Below, piece after piece: positions 36,439 to 50,087 of a stretch of 64,000 bases of DNA. Each line of letters begins with the position of its first letter. The first letter of the stretch is position 1. The DNA is from Mytilus edulis (Eukaryota), in NCBI RefSeq assembly GCF_963676685.1, contig NC_092344.1, positions 46,128,001-46,192,000 of the forward strand, in the 5' to 3' direction. Position numbers and translations under genes: made by a program. Under the pieces are notes generated by a model. The model ran no database searches and had not been told where the DNA came from. It saw only the letters and a program-made list of their open reading frames with translations.

Positions 36439-39400
36439 ATGAATGTAGGTCTAGGTACACCTATCAAGCAGAGAGAATGTGATAGAGATTTTTGTTTAGT
36501 GTGTGGGAATTTTGCAAAGGAAGCCCGTAGAGTTGAAACCATCCGGAAGTTAAAAGGGAAAGATTACAGTTTAAAGGACTTATTGAAGAAATATGGTGGA
36601 ATTAATGTTGAAAGTGGAACAGTATGTAGAAAATGCAGTAAAAAAGTTGACTCTCTTCACAAAAAGAATACTGATTTTTACAATGAATGCCAAAAAAATG
36701 CTGGAATGTCAAAACGAATGGCTTCCTCACCACATATAAATCCACCAAAGAGAATAAATATGTCAACACCAAAAACATCTACTCAATATGCCGCAGTTTT
36801 CAGTGACAGTGAAGAAGAAGAAGATGACATTTCCATCATTGGTTTACATTTATCAGATGAAGGTAATTAAGTTAAAATATATGTTTACTTAAACCTGGCA
36901 ACAATGAGTTGGGTGGTGCCCAATGAAACCCTTGCAAAAATGCAGATAATACAGATTCTTTACTATAAAGTTTCTGGGGGACCAGGAACCATTGTAAATA
37001 CATATAAATGTAATTTTGTATACTTATTAATCAATAACTTTAAAAATTTAATAATTAGACACATAAGCTAACAAACATTATAAAAGAATTAAAATACCAT
37101 TTATGGTAGCCACACTATTGTGTTGATTTTAACTTTTGTCCTTGTACATTGAACATATCCTAGGGATCATAATTTCGTAAAAACCACGGTGGCTGAAATA
37201 ATTTTCACACTTTGATGTGTGGTTTCATGTGAATAAATGTAAGTGAAGTGCTATGTATATACATTATTTTTAATTGGAGTTATTTCCCATTGCTCAGAAT
37301 GGGACTAGAATTAATTTTTTTTTTGATAGGTGGCCTAGATTGATGCTTATGTTATGATCTATTTTAATTTATGAGTTATCTAAGTTTGAACAGGAATGGT
37401 TTAATTAATAAGTTTATGGTTAAATACATGTAGTATATCAATGAATGTATCTCTTCAAATGGTTTTAGTCAGAAGTTGTAAAAATATCATTATAACTATT
37501 TTTAAGTTATTTGTCTTTTTAATGTAGAAGTCCCAGTTGATCCTGTTTGATTTTCAAGATTTCCAAATATCATTTTCATGCAGGAATTATCACATTGGCA
37601 CTAATATCGCATCTTCCTATACCTAAATAACAGTTTACAGAACACAAAATGAAAAAAACTAAAGACTAAGCAACACAAACTCAACCAAAAACAGTTGGTG
37701 GTATGAGGTGCTCCAGAAGGGTAAGCAGATACTGCTCCACATGTGGCAGCAGTTGTCTTGTTCAAGTTATTACAAATCGTGCAAATAGTCTAACTGGGTA
37801 AAGTCACATGCATGAAAAGAGAAGGGGTGGTAGTAACTACATAAGGAGCATATATATCTGATGTCATCTGTCAAACTGCTCATCCATAACGGTCAACCAC
37901 CTCGTGACGGTCTCCCTCTAAATGAATTAACAAATTTCTTGGAACATAAGGTTGATATCAGATGTTGTTTAAGGGGGAGCACACTTGAATTGACTTATCT
38001 AAAAATATCAGTTAAAATCTGTTTGACAGTCAAAATGTGTTACACAGTAAAAATCTTATTTTCAAATTTGGTTCGATGAATCAATCTTTTCTATTCTGAA
38101 AATAGATTTTATTATTTGGAACAAATGTGTATACTTTTCTTTATTTTTTCATAACATTTTTATTATAGATACAGAAACAGACCAAGCACATGTATCAGGT
38201 ATCCTATCTTTACAGTCTGCATCATCTTTATCAGGATCATCTTCACATCCATTTTCATTAGATTCATTGACTTCTTCTGCTACATCTGATTCGGCAACAT
38301 CCTTTCAAACAGCTTCTATGACATCTTTGGCTTCATCTAATTCTGTAACATCAAACCAAACAGGTTCATGTTCAACATCTACTGATCACATATATTCCAA
38401 GAATAATGAGAAATCTTCAACCGTAAAATCTAAGGGTAAAGAAGATAAGCAAAGATCAACAATTCCTGCTGCCATAGATCACGATTATATTGTATCTAAG
38501 CCTTCCCCTGTTGTACAAAATGTAATGGTAGATAAAATCATGGATTTTAAAAACAATATAGATATAAATTCAAAAACAGAAATGAAAGAAGCAGACACAG
38601 AAATTCTTATTTCAATCTTGAAAACAAAAAACAAAAGAGAAGTTATCAAACATCTCCTCACAACTGAGGGTTTTAAAGACAGCATCCTGTGCCTTTTGAT
38701 GGAGGAAATAAATTTGATGTCCAATCGTCTAAGAAATAGGAAACTATTTTATGTTAGTGAGTTGATGAAAAAGAGACCAGAGGATTTGAAATTTTTTAAA
38801 TGGAATGAAATTATTTGTGAGTTCATGGTAAAATTTCCAACAGTTTTCAGTTTGATATTGACAATGTTCTTAACGCCACAAGACATGGAGAACAAAGATA
38901 AAATAGAAGCTATTATACCAAGAATAGGAATGGTTTACAGCATGCTAATGCAGGGAAGAAACAAAGAGCTCAGCAGAATTCAGCGAATAACATCACTGTT
39001 TTTGTTTGACAACATATGTGATCAAAAGGTAAATAAATGTTTTATACTATTAATGTACAGAGAATTCATCCTTGATTCCTTTATAATGCAATGGTGATCA
39101 ATCTGGTATTGTTTTTTCTAGGTGTTATACTGGAAATAGTTAAACAAGCAAAAAGGTGGAATATATATCTATGTGTTCAAATAAATTAAAAATTCATGAT
39201 AGCTAATAAGAAAACTCTCCCTAAGAGACCAAAAGCCACAGAAATTAACAACTTTAGGTCAGGATACAGCCTTTAACAATGAGCAATTAATAACAATGTA
39301 TAATGTCGACTCCAATTTTTTATAAATACAAAAAAAAGAAAAGAAAATCATTAATGATGAAAAATCTAGCAATACAATACATCAAATACTTAAAGGGTAC

Positions 39401-42400
39401 TTTGAAGTTTTGAACAACTGTGTGCAGTGCAGTATGGTACCATGTGAGGTATAACTTGAACCAGTAGACTTGTGGTATAATAATACTGTTCAGAAAAAAA
39501 CTAAACTTTTTTTCCTGAAAAGAAGATGGTTTTATTTAGGATAAATGTTACACTTCTGGTTTTAATGTGTTTTCTTTTCAAGTTTAGACAATTCAGAATA
39601 CCTGTGAATACAATTAAACTTCAATACACAGAATACTAATTTGTTTACTCACTTAGTTTGATTTTAAAAGAATTATTATTTTTCAAATATACTTCATATT
39701 AAGGAAGATTCATTTAACTTGCAGGTGTTTGATAGACTTCAGACGGTTGGCGTCTGCCTAAGTTATGAAAGAAGCCTACAAATTGTAGAGATGATTGGAG
39801 GCCATTTCAATGATAAGGTAGTGCAGCTGGTAAAGGACAACACTCGTTTCCGAATTATTGGTGACAACATCAATTGGACTGTTGGTGTTCATGACCAACG
39901 AATTAACAACAAACAGAAAATGATGCATGCTTTTGGTTCAGCAGTGATAGTACAAAACCTGACCTTCACCAATCTAGACAGAGTTGTACCACAACAGCTT
40001 TATAGTCAAACACCAGTTCAAAACTTCATACCATCAGAGGAAGATTACAACCTTATAACAACTGACTACATCATTCTAATGTCAAGGGTTGTTTTTGAAC
40101 ACATTCCATACTTCAAAAAATTTTCAGATATTGTTCCAATTAACATCAGCACACCATGTAGTTCTAATTTGAAAAAAAGTCAGAAGTCATACCATTACCT
40201 GTTCTGTTCAAAAATGAGCAATACTATCAAGATGTCGTAGGGATACTTGACTTCTATGAGAAATGTTTAAAAGATGCGCATGATAAAGCAGGAAAACAAC
40301 TCCATAATCAGACATATCAGATAGGAGGAGACCAGCTGACACGAGAGAGATTCTCAGGAGCAAAGTCACTCAGAGCACACCATCTTAATCCTAGTGACAA
40401 ATTNNNNNNNNNNNNNNNNNNNNNNNNNNNNNNNNNNNNNNNNNNNNNNNNNNNNNNNNNNNNNNNNNNNNNNNNNNNNNNNNNNNNNNNNNNNNNNNNN
40501 NNNAAATGATGCATGCTTTTGGTTCAGCAGTGATAGTACAAAACCTGACCTTCACCAATCTAGACAGAGTTGTACCACAACAGCTTTATAGTCAAACACC
40601 AGTTCAAAACTTCATACCATCAGAGGAAGATTACAACCTTATAACAACTGACTACATCATTCTAATGTCAAGGGTTGTTTTTGAACACATTCCATACTTC
40701 AAAAAATTTTCAGATATTGTTCCAATTAACATCAGCACACCATGTAGTTCTAATTTGAAAAAAAAGTCAGAAGTCATACCATTACCTGTTCTGTTCAAAA
40801 AATGAGCAATACTATCAAGATGTCGTAGGGATACTTGACTTCTATGAGAAATGTTTAAAAGATGCGCATGATAAAGCAGGAAAACAACTCCATAATCAGA
40901 CATATCAGATAGGAGGAGACCAGCTGACACGAGAGAGATTCTCAGGAGCAAAGTCACTCAGAGCACACCATCTTAATCCTAGTGACAAATTCACCCACTT
41001 GAGTCCAATAACTTTTGAACTTTTCCACATGTTGATGTCCTACCTCAAAATGTCATTGAACCTCACATACAAACAAGAAAGTGGTCAGGATATTGGAACC
41101 TTGAAATCACTCCAAGATAGACTTTCCAGAAAAAATATTGGTGACAATGTGAATGATCACTATGAAGCAAATAAAGACTTTTTTATTTCTGTTACTGACA
41201 TGTACATTGTGGAGTGTTTCTTGGAGTTTTTTGGTATGGAAGATAAATATTCAACGCCAACTAAACATGTGCCACCAACCTTTAACACAAATGATGAAAT
41301 GAAGGAATGGTATTTCAGTACTGTGGAGATGATAGTCAAACAACATGTTTTCCTCCAAACTATTACCACAGGTGCAAAACAACAAATGCTGGAAGGTATA
41401 TATATTTATATATATATATGTGTGTGTGAGCATGAAACATTAAATGAACTAAGTTCACTAACCATCATTATAAAATACTGATAAAAGCAACTGTTTGTCC
41501 AAATACACTTGATGTGTACATTACAATTCACCTTGGTCAAATTAAACATATATACTGAATCCTTGATCAGACACACTGACATATAAAGCAGGTTTAGACA
41601 GGCAGCAAGGGTTATATAAATTGGGCGTAAGATTTTAATTTTTACTATAGATGTTTCAATTAACACTGATCAAACTATAAACTAACTTTCAGCATGAATA
41701 AGTAAGAAAACAGATTTGTTTTTTTGATTAATTAATTATGACAGAATTCTAAACTTCAAAATCTGTTCTCATTGTGATTATATACATGAATAATTTAATT
41801 TTGGATGTAACGTGTCTTCTGATTGGCTGACGTTATTTTGTTATTAGCCCATAGACATAATTTAGTCATATGACCGTGACTTCATCAACGTTTTTTCATG
41901 GTTTTCTACGGTGTAAAATGGAATTTAGAATTAAATTATAAGAAATGACTGTAATATTTTTTCTGTCTATTCGAAATAACATATAAAATGTGGTGCACAC
42001 TGTTAAATAACCCGCTACGCGCGTTATTCAGTGTGCACCAAATTTTTTATGTTATTTCTTCATAGACAGAAAAAATAATACAGTCATTCCTTAATTGGAT
42101 AGTAATTTTTATTCAAATTTGATTGTGATATTGATTTAAAAAATATATCTAATTTTGAAAACTAATTCTTTACAGTTGATGGTCAAGTATTCCGGTTGGT
42201 TTTGGCGAATGGGAAAACCATCACACTCATGAAAAAAACAATATCAAAGTCAAAGAAAGGTGATCAGATTAGTAATTATGGAAATCAAATACTCCAACTA
42301 GGATTGTTATTTAAAGATTTGATAGATATGATACATATGCCAGAAAGAGTAAGAGGGCTACGTTTGTTGAAACTTGCAATGATGTATTTTAAAATCTATA

Positions 42401-42912
42401 ATAATCTATCTAAGTATGCCTTAGAAATACTCAGACTCCTGGTACATCAGTTATGTACTTTGTCTGAGAGAGGCTCCAATGAGGAGTTCTACGCCATGTT
42501 TGTGAATACAGGAGGAAAATTTGAAACACATATACCTGCTGATCGAAGAATGGAGTACCTTGTCAAAGAAGTGAAACAACATGTTAAGCATATGTACTCC
42601 AACAAAACAGAAGAGAATATTTCAAACCGTACCAGGGCAATATCTGGAATTCGTGAAATTTCAGTGAATTTTGACCAACAGTCAGGGGTAATTATACGCT
42701 CAAAAAAACATTCCGACAAATCATCTAAGGAAGATGAACTGGCTATTTTATCAGATTTACGAGATATTAGACCATTTCATTGTCAACCTGGTAGGAAACA
42801 TTCATGTTTTGGAGAAATGTCATCATCTGTTGTTCAAAACCTTGATGTGGACCATTATCACAATTGGATCAATACCAGAAAAGTTAAATTTGCTTTGGAA
42901 AATGGGAACTAA
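36439..42912 (+). CDS. Academ-type (DUF6589-like) DDE transposase with N-terminal C4 zinc finger, 4 coding exons, ~1034 aa after correcting the gap overlap
   Basis: Exons 36439-36862, 38169-39028, 39725-41395 (minus the duplicated overlap), 42176-42912; GT-AG, phases 1/0/1, 3105 nt; CLVC..CRKC finger; motifs IIGDNINW, IGGDQLTRER, ELFHML, IPADRRMEYLVK. Confidence 0.85.
37640..37920 (-). repeat. Fragment of a Penelope-associated 3' repeat in transposase intron 1
   Basis: ggtgctccagaagggtaagcagatactgctccac is the reverse complement of the gagcagtatctgcttacccttctggagcacc block I recall from bivalve PLE-derived repeats. Confidence 0.45.
40404..40503. other. 100-N scaffold gap flanked by an artefactual overlap (39918-40403 repeated as 40504-40991)
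   Basis: The two copies appear identical apart from two A-homopolymer length differences. Confidence 0.93.
41770..42093. repeat. Interspersed hairpin-containing repeat (MITE-like); inverted related copy at ~48716-48980
   Basis: tggtgcacactg..cagtgtgcacca hairpin with flanking atgactgtaatattttttctgtctat / atagacagaaaaaataatacagtcat. Confidence 0.6.
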
Positions 42913-43499
42913 ACATTGACATAATCAAATGACTATTAATAGTCTGTAATTTGCCAGGTCCAATTTGTTTTTTTGTAACTTGTTTTCTTTGGATTGATCT
43001 GAAGATTGAAGATATTTCATCAGATTTTTGTAGATTGTTGTTATGATGTATTTGATAATTACACGATTTTCCCTGGTTGGGTGAAGGGTTTGACACCTTC
43101 AAACTAGTTAAACCCAACCATAGTCTGTTGTTGTTGGTTGATCTAATATTTGTATTTTTTTTAATTTTTTTATATGAAATAGAGCACTTAGTTTTCTAAA
43201 AAAAAAATCTCACTTTTTTCAAGTGGGACCTTTTATAGCTGACTATAGGTTTATCTCATTGTTAAAGGCTATACTTATTTGATTGCTTACATTTAATTCT
43301 TTTGAACTTTGGTCATGAGAGTTGTCTCATTGGCAATCTTACCACATCTCCATATTTTTATGACAGTTCTTCTTAATTAAAACTACTATATAGCTTTTAT
43401 CCAATCAATCATTTTTTCTTCAAATATATTCCACCTGTGGTTTGTATTGATATTTGATATGTAAAGGTCATAAAGTTTTTTTTTTAAACCTGGTTAATG

Positions 43500-45160
43500 G
43501 TAAACATAAAATCAAAAGAACTAACATACAATATGCATATAGCTTTTTATATACTACAAATATTTTCAACTTTTTAACTAGTTACATGAAACATTTTTTA
43601 CCTATTATAAAGAAAATGCACGATTACTTACACTGTTTTCTTTAGTTTAAAAATCTACAGTTACCATATACAATGTAGAGAATATTGGACATTTTCTTTG
43701 CTGTTTCATATGATAGACCAGCAATAATTACTTTAGATTGGAAATAAAATATTCACCTTTTTTTTTAGATATTAGCAAAGGCAAAAATGATTATTCAAAA
43801 TTATTTTTTTTGTCAAAATAATTCACAAATTAAAATAGTGGAAAGATACAGATATTTAGAGTATTTTACCGGTAGTTATTGTATTTATTTTTTATTGAAA
43901 TTTAAAAAATGCCACAGATGATCTCTTTAATAAAGCTCTACAAGTCTTTTTCTCCGTTAAAAGTATATAATTGTAATTTCTGTGAGGTACCCTTGAAAAC
44001 CTGTCTTAAGGTGGTACCCAACACTTTCACTAAAATTAATTTGGTTGGTTTAATTTTCATAAAATTTCGTCAAAGTATTTACTTTGAGACTTTGATAAAT
44101 ATATAAAAAATTTAATTTTTTTGAACCAACCGTTTTGTCAGAAAAAATACACTGGTTATATAGCAATTTGACAAACTCCAATTTTGATCATTGAGAAGCT
44201 AAATATTCCTTTTACAACACAACGTAATTAAAACGTTTAGCTGATTTTACAGAGTTATCTCCCTGTAGTGTTAGGTACCACCTTAAACTTTTTGAAAGTC
44301 TGATTAAACCTTTTTTCACATATGGTAGTGAAATGTGGTTATTTGATCATTACATAAATTTGAATAATTTTGACAATCTACCAACTGATAGAATACAACA
44401 AAAGATGTGGGAATATATTCTGAGGGTCAAAACATAGTCATCAAATATGTCTAGTAGACTTGAATGTAACAGGAATCCAATGTTGTTTATTAATTTTGTT
44501 TAATGTATAGTTATCATAAAACAATACTTAAAATAAATATAGCTAGAATATTATATAGTGCATTTAATGCAGGTCAATAATTATCTCATGAAAACTTAAA
44601 ATGCTTGTTTTCTACACTGAATAAAATGTTAAAATACTTAAACTTAATACAAAAAAATTGACAATAAAAACTCTTATAAGATAATATAATCAGCAATCTG
44701 TCTTACAACCACAAATAATCATATCTGGAGCTGTGGACAGAAACCTGGTGTTTTTTAGTAATATTTTTGTTTCAAATTTTGTTCCCAGTACTATCTTCAA
44801 ACCAATCTTTTCAAAAATATGAAAAGTAAAATTACACACTTACATGTATGTGCTCAGTTTTTAAATTTTAAAATGGGAAGATACGATAAACCCAAAATTC
44901 CAAGATAACTACGTTTTTCACTCAGTACAGACTGAAGAAGATTTATAAAAATCTTGTGATGAATATAAAGTGTTTAAAGGTACCAGATTATATTACAAAA
45001 TATAAGGCACATTGTTTACCAATCTTATGGCTTAAATTTAAAAGATTCATGAAATAATCATTTTCTAAACTTTTAAATCCACAAAATATTACTGAATGTA
45101 CATGTAATCATTTATTCAAATTTGTCAGAGATGCATTAGACATAGGAAACAATTCATAAA
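43500..45160 (+). pseudogene. Highly decayed non-LTR retrotransposon ORF2 C-terminal remnant between the two transposon genes
   Basis: At ~44287-44340 LFESLIKPFFTYGSEMW resembles the LINE LF.SL.KPIL.YGSE.WG motif; otherwise riddled with stops; boundaries approximate. Confidence 0.4.
44010..44282. mobile_element. TTAA-flanked Kolobok-type MITE (273 bp)
   Basis: TTAA|GGTGGTACCCAACACT ... AGTGTTAGGTACCACC|TTAA. Confidence 0.8.
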
Positions 45161-45548
45161 AGGAGGGTTACAATTGTATAACATGTGAAACATTGAAATT
45201 TTGTTTTGTATGATATCATACATGTATGACATTTAATGGAGAATACTTATGTTATATTACTTATCTAATCTGAATCTGAAAATTTGGAGTTATCTCCCAT
45301 TGTTTTGACCAACTTTTTGTGAATGAAGTATTAGTGGTACATTTTATTTCTAACAGTCAAACATTTTAATTGAAAGGTGGCAAATTAGGTGTTCTTCAAC
45401 TTAATTATTTGTTTACTTCTGAAAATCATAACAAGATAGGCCTATTTTCTTGTGTTTTTTTTTATAAAAATTTGTTTAAACAATGAAATAGCCCAGTCAA
45501 TCCATTTTAACTTTCGACTATTAATATGCAGTTTTAAATTGTGTAGAT

Positions 45549-48500
45549 TTAATTTAATTTTTGTACAATGAGTAAAATGTTACTCAAATAATGCTGCTTT
45601 AGGTGAACATAAGGAAATAAGCCCTGGATGTCCTCTTCACATTTAATGTCTTTGTAGTTCAAAACAATTTTGTCACACAAAGTTTGGGTCAATCCTGTCA
45701 CAAGTTGTTGGTTTAACATGTTTATTTGATCATTTTCTGCATTGAAATAAGATTCTAGCATTTCCTTTAATTGTGTACAATCAGGTTCATCAGCACATTG
45801 ACAATTATCTATGACGTCACACTTTTCCACTTCACTTACAAGACAATGATCACATTCACACTCTTTTTCACATACATCACAGCAGTTATGCTTAAGTATT
45901 GAATCTAAATCAACCTTTGTCTCAAAATACTGGCTTAGAAACTTTCTTCTGCATGTTTTTAGGAGGCAGAATTCTCTCACTTCTGGTTGTACAATTGTGT
46001 TGGTGGCAATATCACTCATATTGTAATGCATATATGCACTGCTTTGTCGACCATCTCTACCAGCTCTACCAATTTCTTGTAGATAACCTAAACGAGTAAA
46101 CAATAATTGTTTTTGTTAAATCATTTCCTTTCATTTTTCAAATTTTTGGTTCTGACATTCATGAAAAAAACGAAACAATATTACATATTTCAAATCTTAG
46201 AACTGCAATTTTTTTCTAAGAACTAGGGGTTCAATTAGTCATAGTGAAATGTTTTTTTTTTCATTTTCTGTTAAAGTCTCATGTTTTTTTGCATGTTGGT
46301 GTATCAGCATATGAAAATGTGACCAACATACAGCATTGGCTTTTGATCTCAAGGTGAAAATATGGATTTTTGTATTGTAAATACTTGTGACCTATGACTT
46401 TTCATCTTTTTTTACAAAGTGTTATGATATTTGGAATATCACAAAAGGATGAAGTGTATGATTTTTAGGCGTCTATGTATATATATATATATAGTTACAA
46501 TTATTGGCCTTTCACTTGTTGTAAAATATGAAAGTCTTTGTGAAAATTAATTAATATATGCATAATCCAGAACTTTTCTATTTAGATAAATTTATTTATA
46601 TTTATAAATATGCAATTGTGTAATATATATGTATTAGACGGCAGTCAAATTTTTTAAGGTGCTTATGATCCAATTCTTGCAATTTAAATATTATAAACTG
46701 TTAACATAAATAGTTAGTTTTATGTTTCCATATGTAGATGGGAGATAACTACCCTTATATTTTATCAGTTGAGTCTGCTTTTTATGCAGCTCTGAACACC
46801 ATGGTTCTGTTGGTATTAATAGACACAGTCTAAAGGGGAATAATCCTTACATATGATACTGATTGTCTCCCATATCAATTATGTATTCAGTGTTTTATAA
46901 TGTTGTATTTTATTATATTATTATTTCATTGTTATCATATTGTATGAAATTTTGAAACCCTAATAACCTTTAGTGTAATACGTTATATAGCCTTAATACT
47001 TGCATTCCAAAGAACTTGGTGGTCCAATGTGGCAAACCCTTTCCACATCTGGGGCATCAGTGCCCATACCATAAGCTTGAGTGGCAAAAAGCAACTTTAT
47101 GGATCCATGTGTGTCTGCCATGTTCTGTGCTATATTTTTTTTCATCTAGAATTATACAATTTATTTCAAATGCAAATGATTTATAATGATTTCATTTTTC
47201 TTTATACATGTAAAATACTGTTTCATTCAATTCGTTGTTTATTGTTTAATACTAATGAAATATGTTGAATAAAGTGGACATGGACATTAATGTTCTGTAA
47301 CAATTAAACTGTTTTTTTTTGAATCCATGTACAAAGATGAATAAGGGTTCTGTCCATGGCCAAATATTAAAATTAAATCAAAGTCAAAAGCACTAAATGC
47401 ATGAGCGTTATGAGTATATGACCGCATTAAGTTAAAATGAAAATTCATAATATAAGTAGTAACCAATGGATGTCACTGTCATAATTTGTTGGACAATATT
47501 AGTGATGGGCACATCTAATGATTGGTTTATTTTTCAACTCTTAAAAAAAATATTTCTGAAATATGCTTATTTCTTGTAAACCATATTATGAAATTAAAAG
47601 AAAAATCTTCTACCTTAAGAATGGAAGTATTATTTATTACAAAAATATGTACAAAAACATCAGACCAAAATGAAAATAGAAAAAATATTTGTACTCCTGT
47701 GGAGTCAGTATACCAGATTTGAATCCATTCCTTTTTTTGAAAGTTTGCCTGGAGTTTGCTTGTCTATGTTTGATTTCTTAGTAGATTATAAAAGGAATGC
47801 TTTATCAATATTTAAAATAACCTCATCTGTGCAAGGTGCATGGAACTGTGACACTGCTGAAAGTATTTCATCGGTATTGTCTTCCAGGCGGGCTGCCTGT
47901 GACACCATGTCATAGCCTACTCCACACCATTTCAGTTTTGAATAAACAATAGTTTTGGGAACATTCCAGATCTGACTACAAAGTTCCTCAATATATGGGT
48001 TTAACACATCTTGATATGAACCTTCTGCTGTTGTTTTACCTCCAGTGAGAGGTAAACGTTTTTGAACTATAAGTTTGATGTTTGGTCTATCAACTGGACC
48101 TGATAGGGAAAACACATCTTTCATACAAAGTTGTTGTTGTATCTCTTTCCTCATTTTCGGTGTTGCTGTTGCTGTAAGTGCTAGGATTTTTGCCTGTGGC
48201 AATATTGCACGTAATTTTGAAATGTTTCTGAAATCTGGACGAAAATCGTGTCCCCATTGAACTACACAATGAGCCTCGTCTACTACAATGTGTGACACAT
48301 TTTCCCAACTCTTCTGCTTAAAAATGGTGCAAACTTCTTTTTTTAGAATTTGTTCAGGGTGGCCAAAAATGTACTCAAATTTACCATCCTTGAAATCTGC
48401 TGCCTCTGGTCCTGAAATATAAAAATTAAACCTTTTTGGTACATAAACACCATTTATTTTTAGACTTTGATTAATAATAAGATTAATATGTATTTACAGA

Positions 48501-50052
48501 TTTAATGTAAAAATATTATTAACAGTTTAATTCTTTAGAAACAGATGCATGAATGTAAGGTAATGTATTGCCCACAGGATTCATTTGACATTGGTCTCAT
48601 TTCATGTTTCTATTTCTATAACTAGCTGCAATCAATATTCTATATATGAAATGATTGTGAAGTGTACATGTATTTCCATCTTGGTTATCTGACATTAAAA
48701 TTTTGGTTTATTTTATTTAGGGAATTTTATGACTGTAACATTTTTTCGGTCTATGAAGAAATGTTATAAAAAAAGGTGCTGCACACTGAATAACCTGTAT
48801 ATGTGTTATACTAAAGTGTGCACCACATTTTTTATTGTTATTTGTCCATAATTTTATTCTAATTTTGAAAAGGTTGATGACGTCACAGTCACATTTCAAA
48901 ATTATGTCTACATGTATGAGCTGATAGACAAAACACTGTCAGCTAATCATAAGACTTGTTACATCCAAAATAAAATTTTGGTTTAATACTTGTATTTAAA
49001 TTTTTAATTTATGAATATCATTGCATAAAACATTTGGTTTGAAAAGCAGGAAAGACAGTTCAGCATGTGCAATTTTGTTTTAATAAATGATTGAAGACAA
49101 GTATTTTAACATGAAATATAAAATTAAACTTATCAATTTTTGGTTATATAAAGCAATAAGCACATCAACGGTTCCTGGTCCCCCAGATTATATCAAGAAT
49201 CTGTATTATCTGCCATAATGGCAGGGGTATCATTGGGCACCACCCAACTCATTGTTGCCAGGTTAAATGTGTCATGCAACAGTACTTGAACTTATTATAC
49301 ATAAGATGTAGTAAGAGGTCCAATGAGGCAACTATCAATACAAGTCACTAGCCTATTTTAAAAAGTATTGCCGAAACATTTTTCTGCAAAGTGTAGCGAG
49401 GCTAAAAATAATAAACGAAGGAATCATGCTTTCTGAGTGTTTCCCAGACCCTGTCTTAATCTGAAAGCTTGAATGTGTTCTGTTTCAAAATTGTTTATAT
49501 TTTGGACTCAAAGCAAAATGTATAGAATCTGTGTAAGACTTTAGTTTCTAGGGACAACATCTAAAGAAAAATATTTAGGATAAAGCAAAAATGTAATTCA
49601 CATAGTTCAGCATGTGGCCACTGGGTTTTCCTTTTTTTTTTGTGTGTGTGACTGTTTCAGCTTGCATAATTTTAATCTTTTATACCTGTAAATTATTAAA
49701 AAAAAATTCAAATAAGTCAAGAGGGGCTGAATATCATTGATATAACTATGTCAAGTAAGTTTTTATAACACATTTCAATTACAATTTGATGTAGCTCCTA
49801 TAAACTTGGATACAATTTTTAGTAGTTGAAAAGTTGTAATTTTATATTAGCTATATAATATAAAACTAAAAGGTATGCAAAAAAGAATCCAGGATCAGGT
49901 GTTTAGTGTTTGTAAGCTCATGATTATGGGATTGACCCTTTCAGGATAAAGGAATTCTTTTTTCAAAATTTCATGATTATGATTTGTTTTGATTTTGGAC
50001 TTCAGGATTTCATGTTTTTTAAGTCCAGGATTTGGGGATCACAACCCCTCCT

Positions 50053-50087
<35 letters not shown>

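Noticed and set aside
39918-40991. Real exon duplication or pseudogenisation of the transposase
   Set aside because: The duplicate abuts a 100-N gap and differs only in homopolymer lengths, typical of an unmerged contig overlap
38485-42719. Short antisense ORFs overlapping transposase exons (likewise those opposite the helicase, LINE and CCDC77 exons)
   Set aside because: Shadow frames of real coding exons with no motifs or splice support
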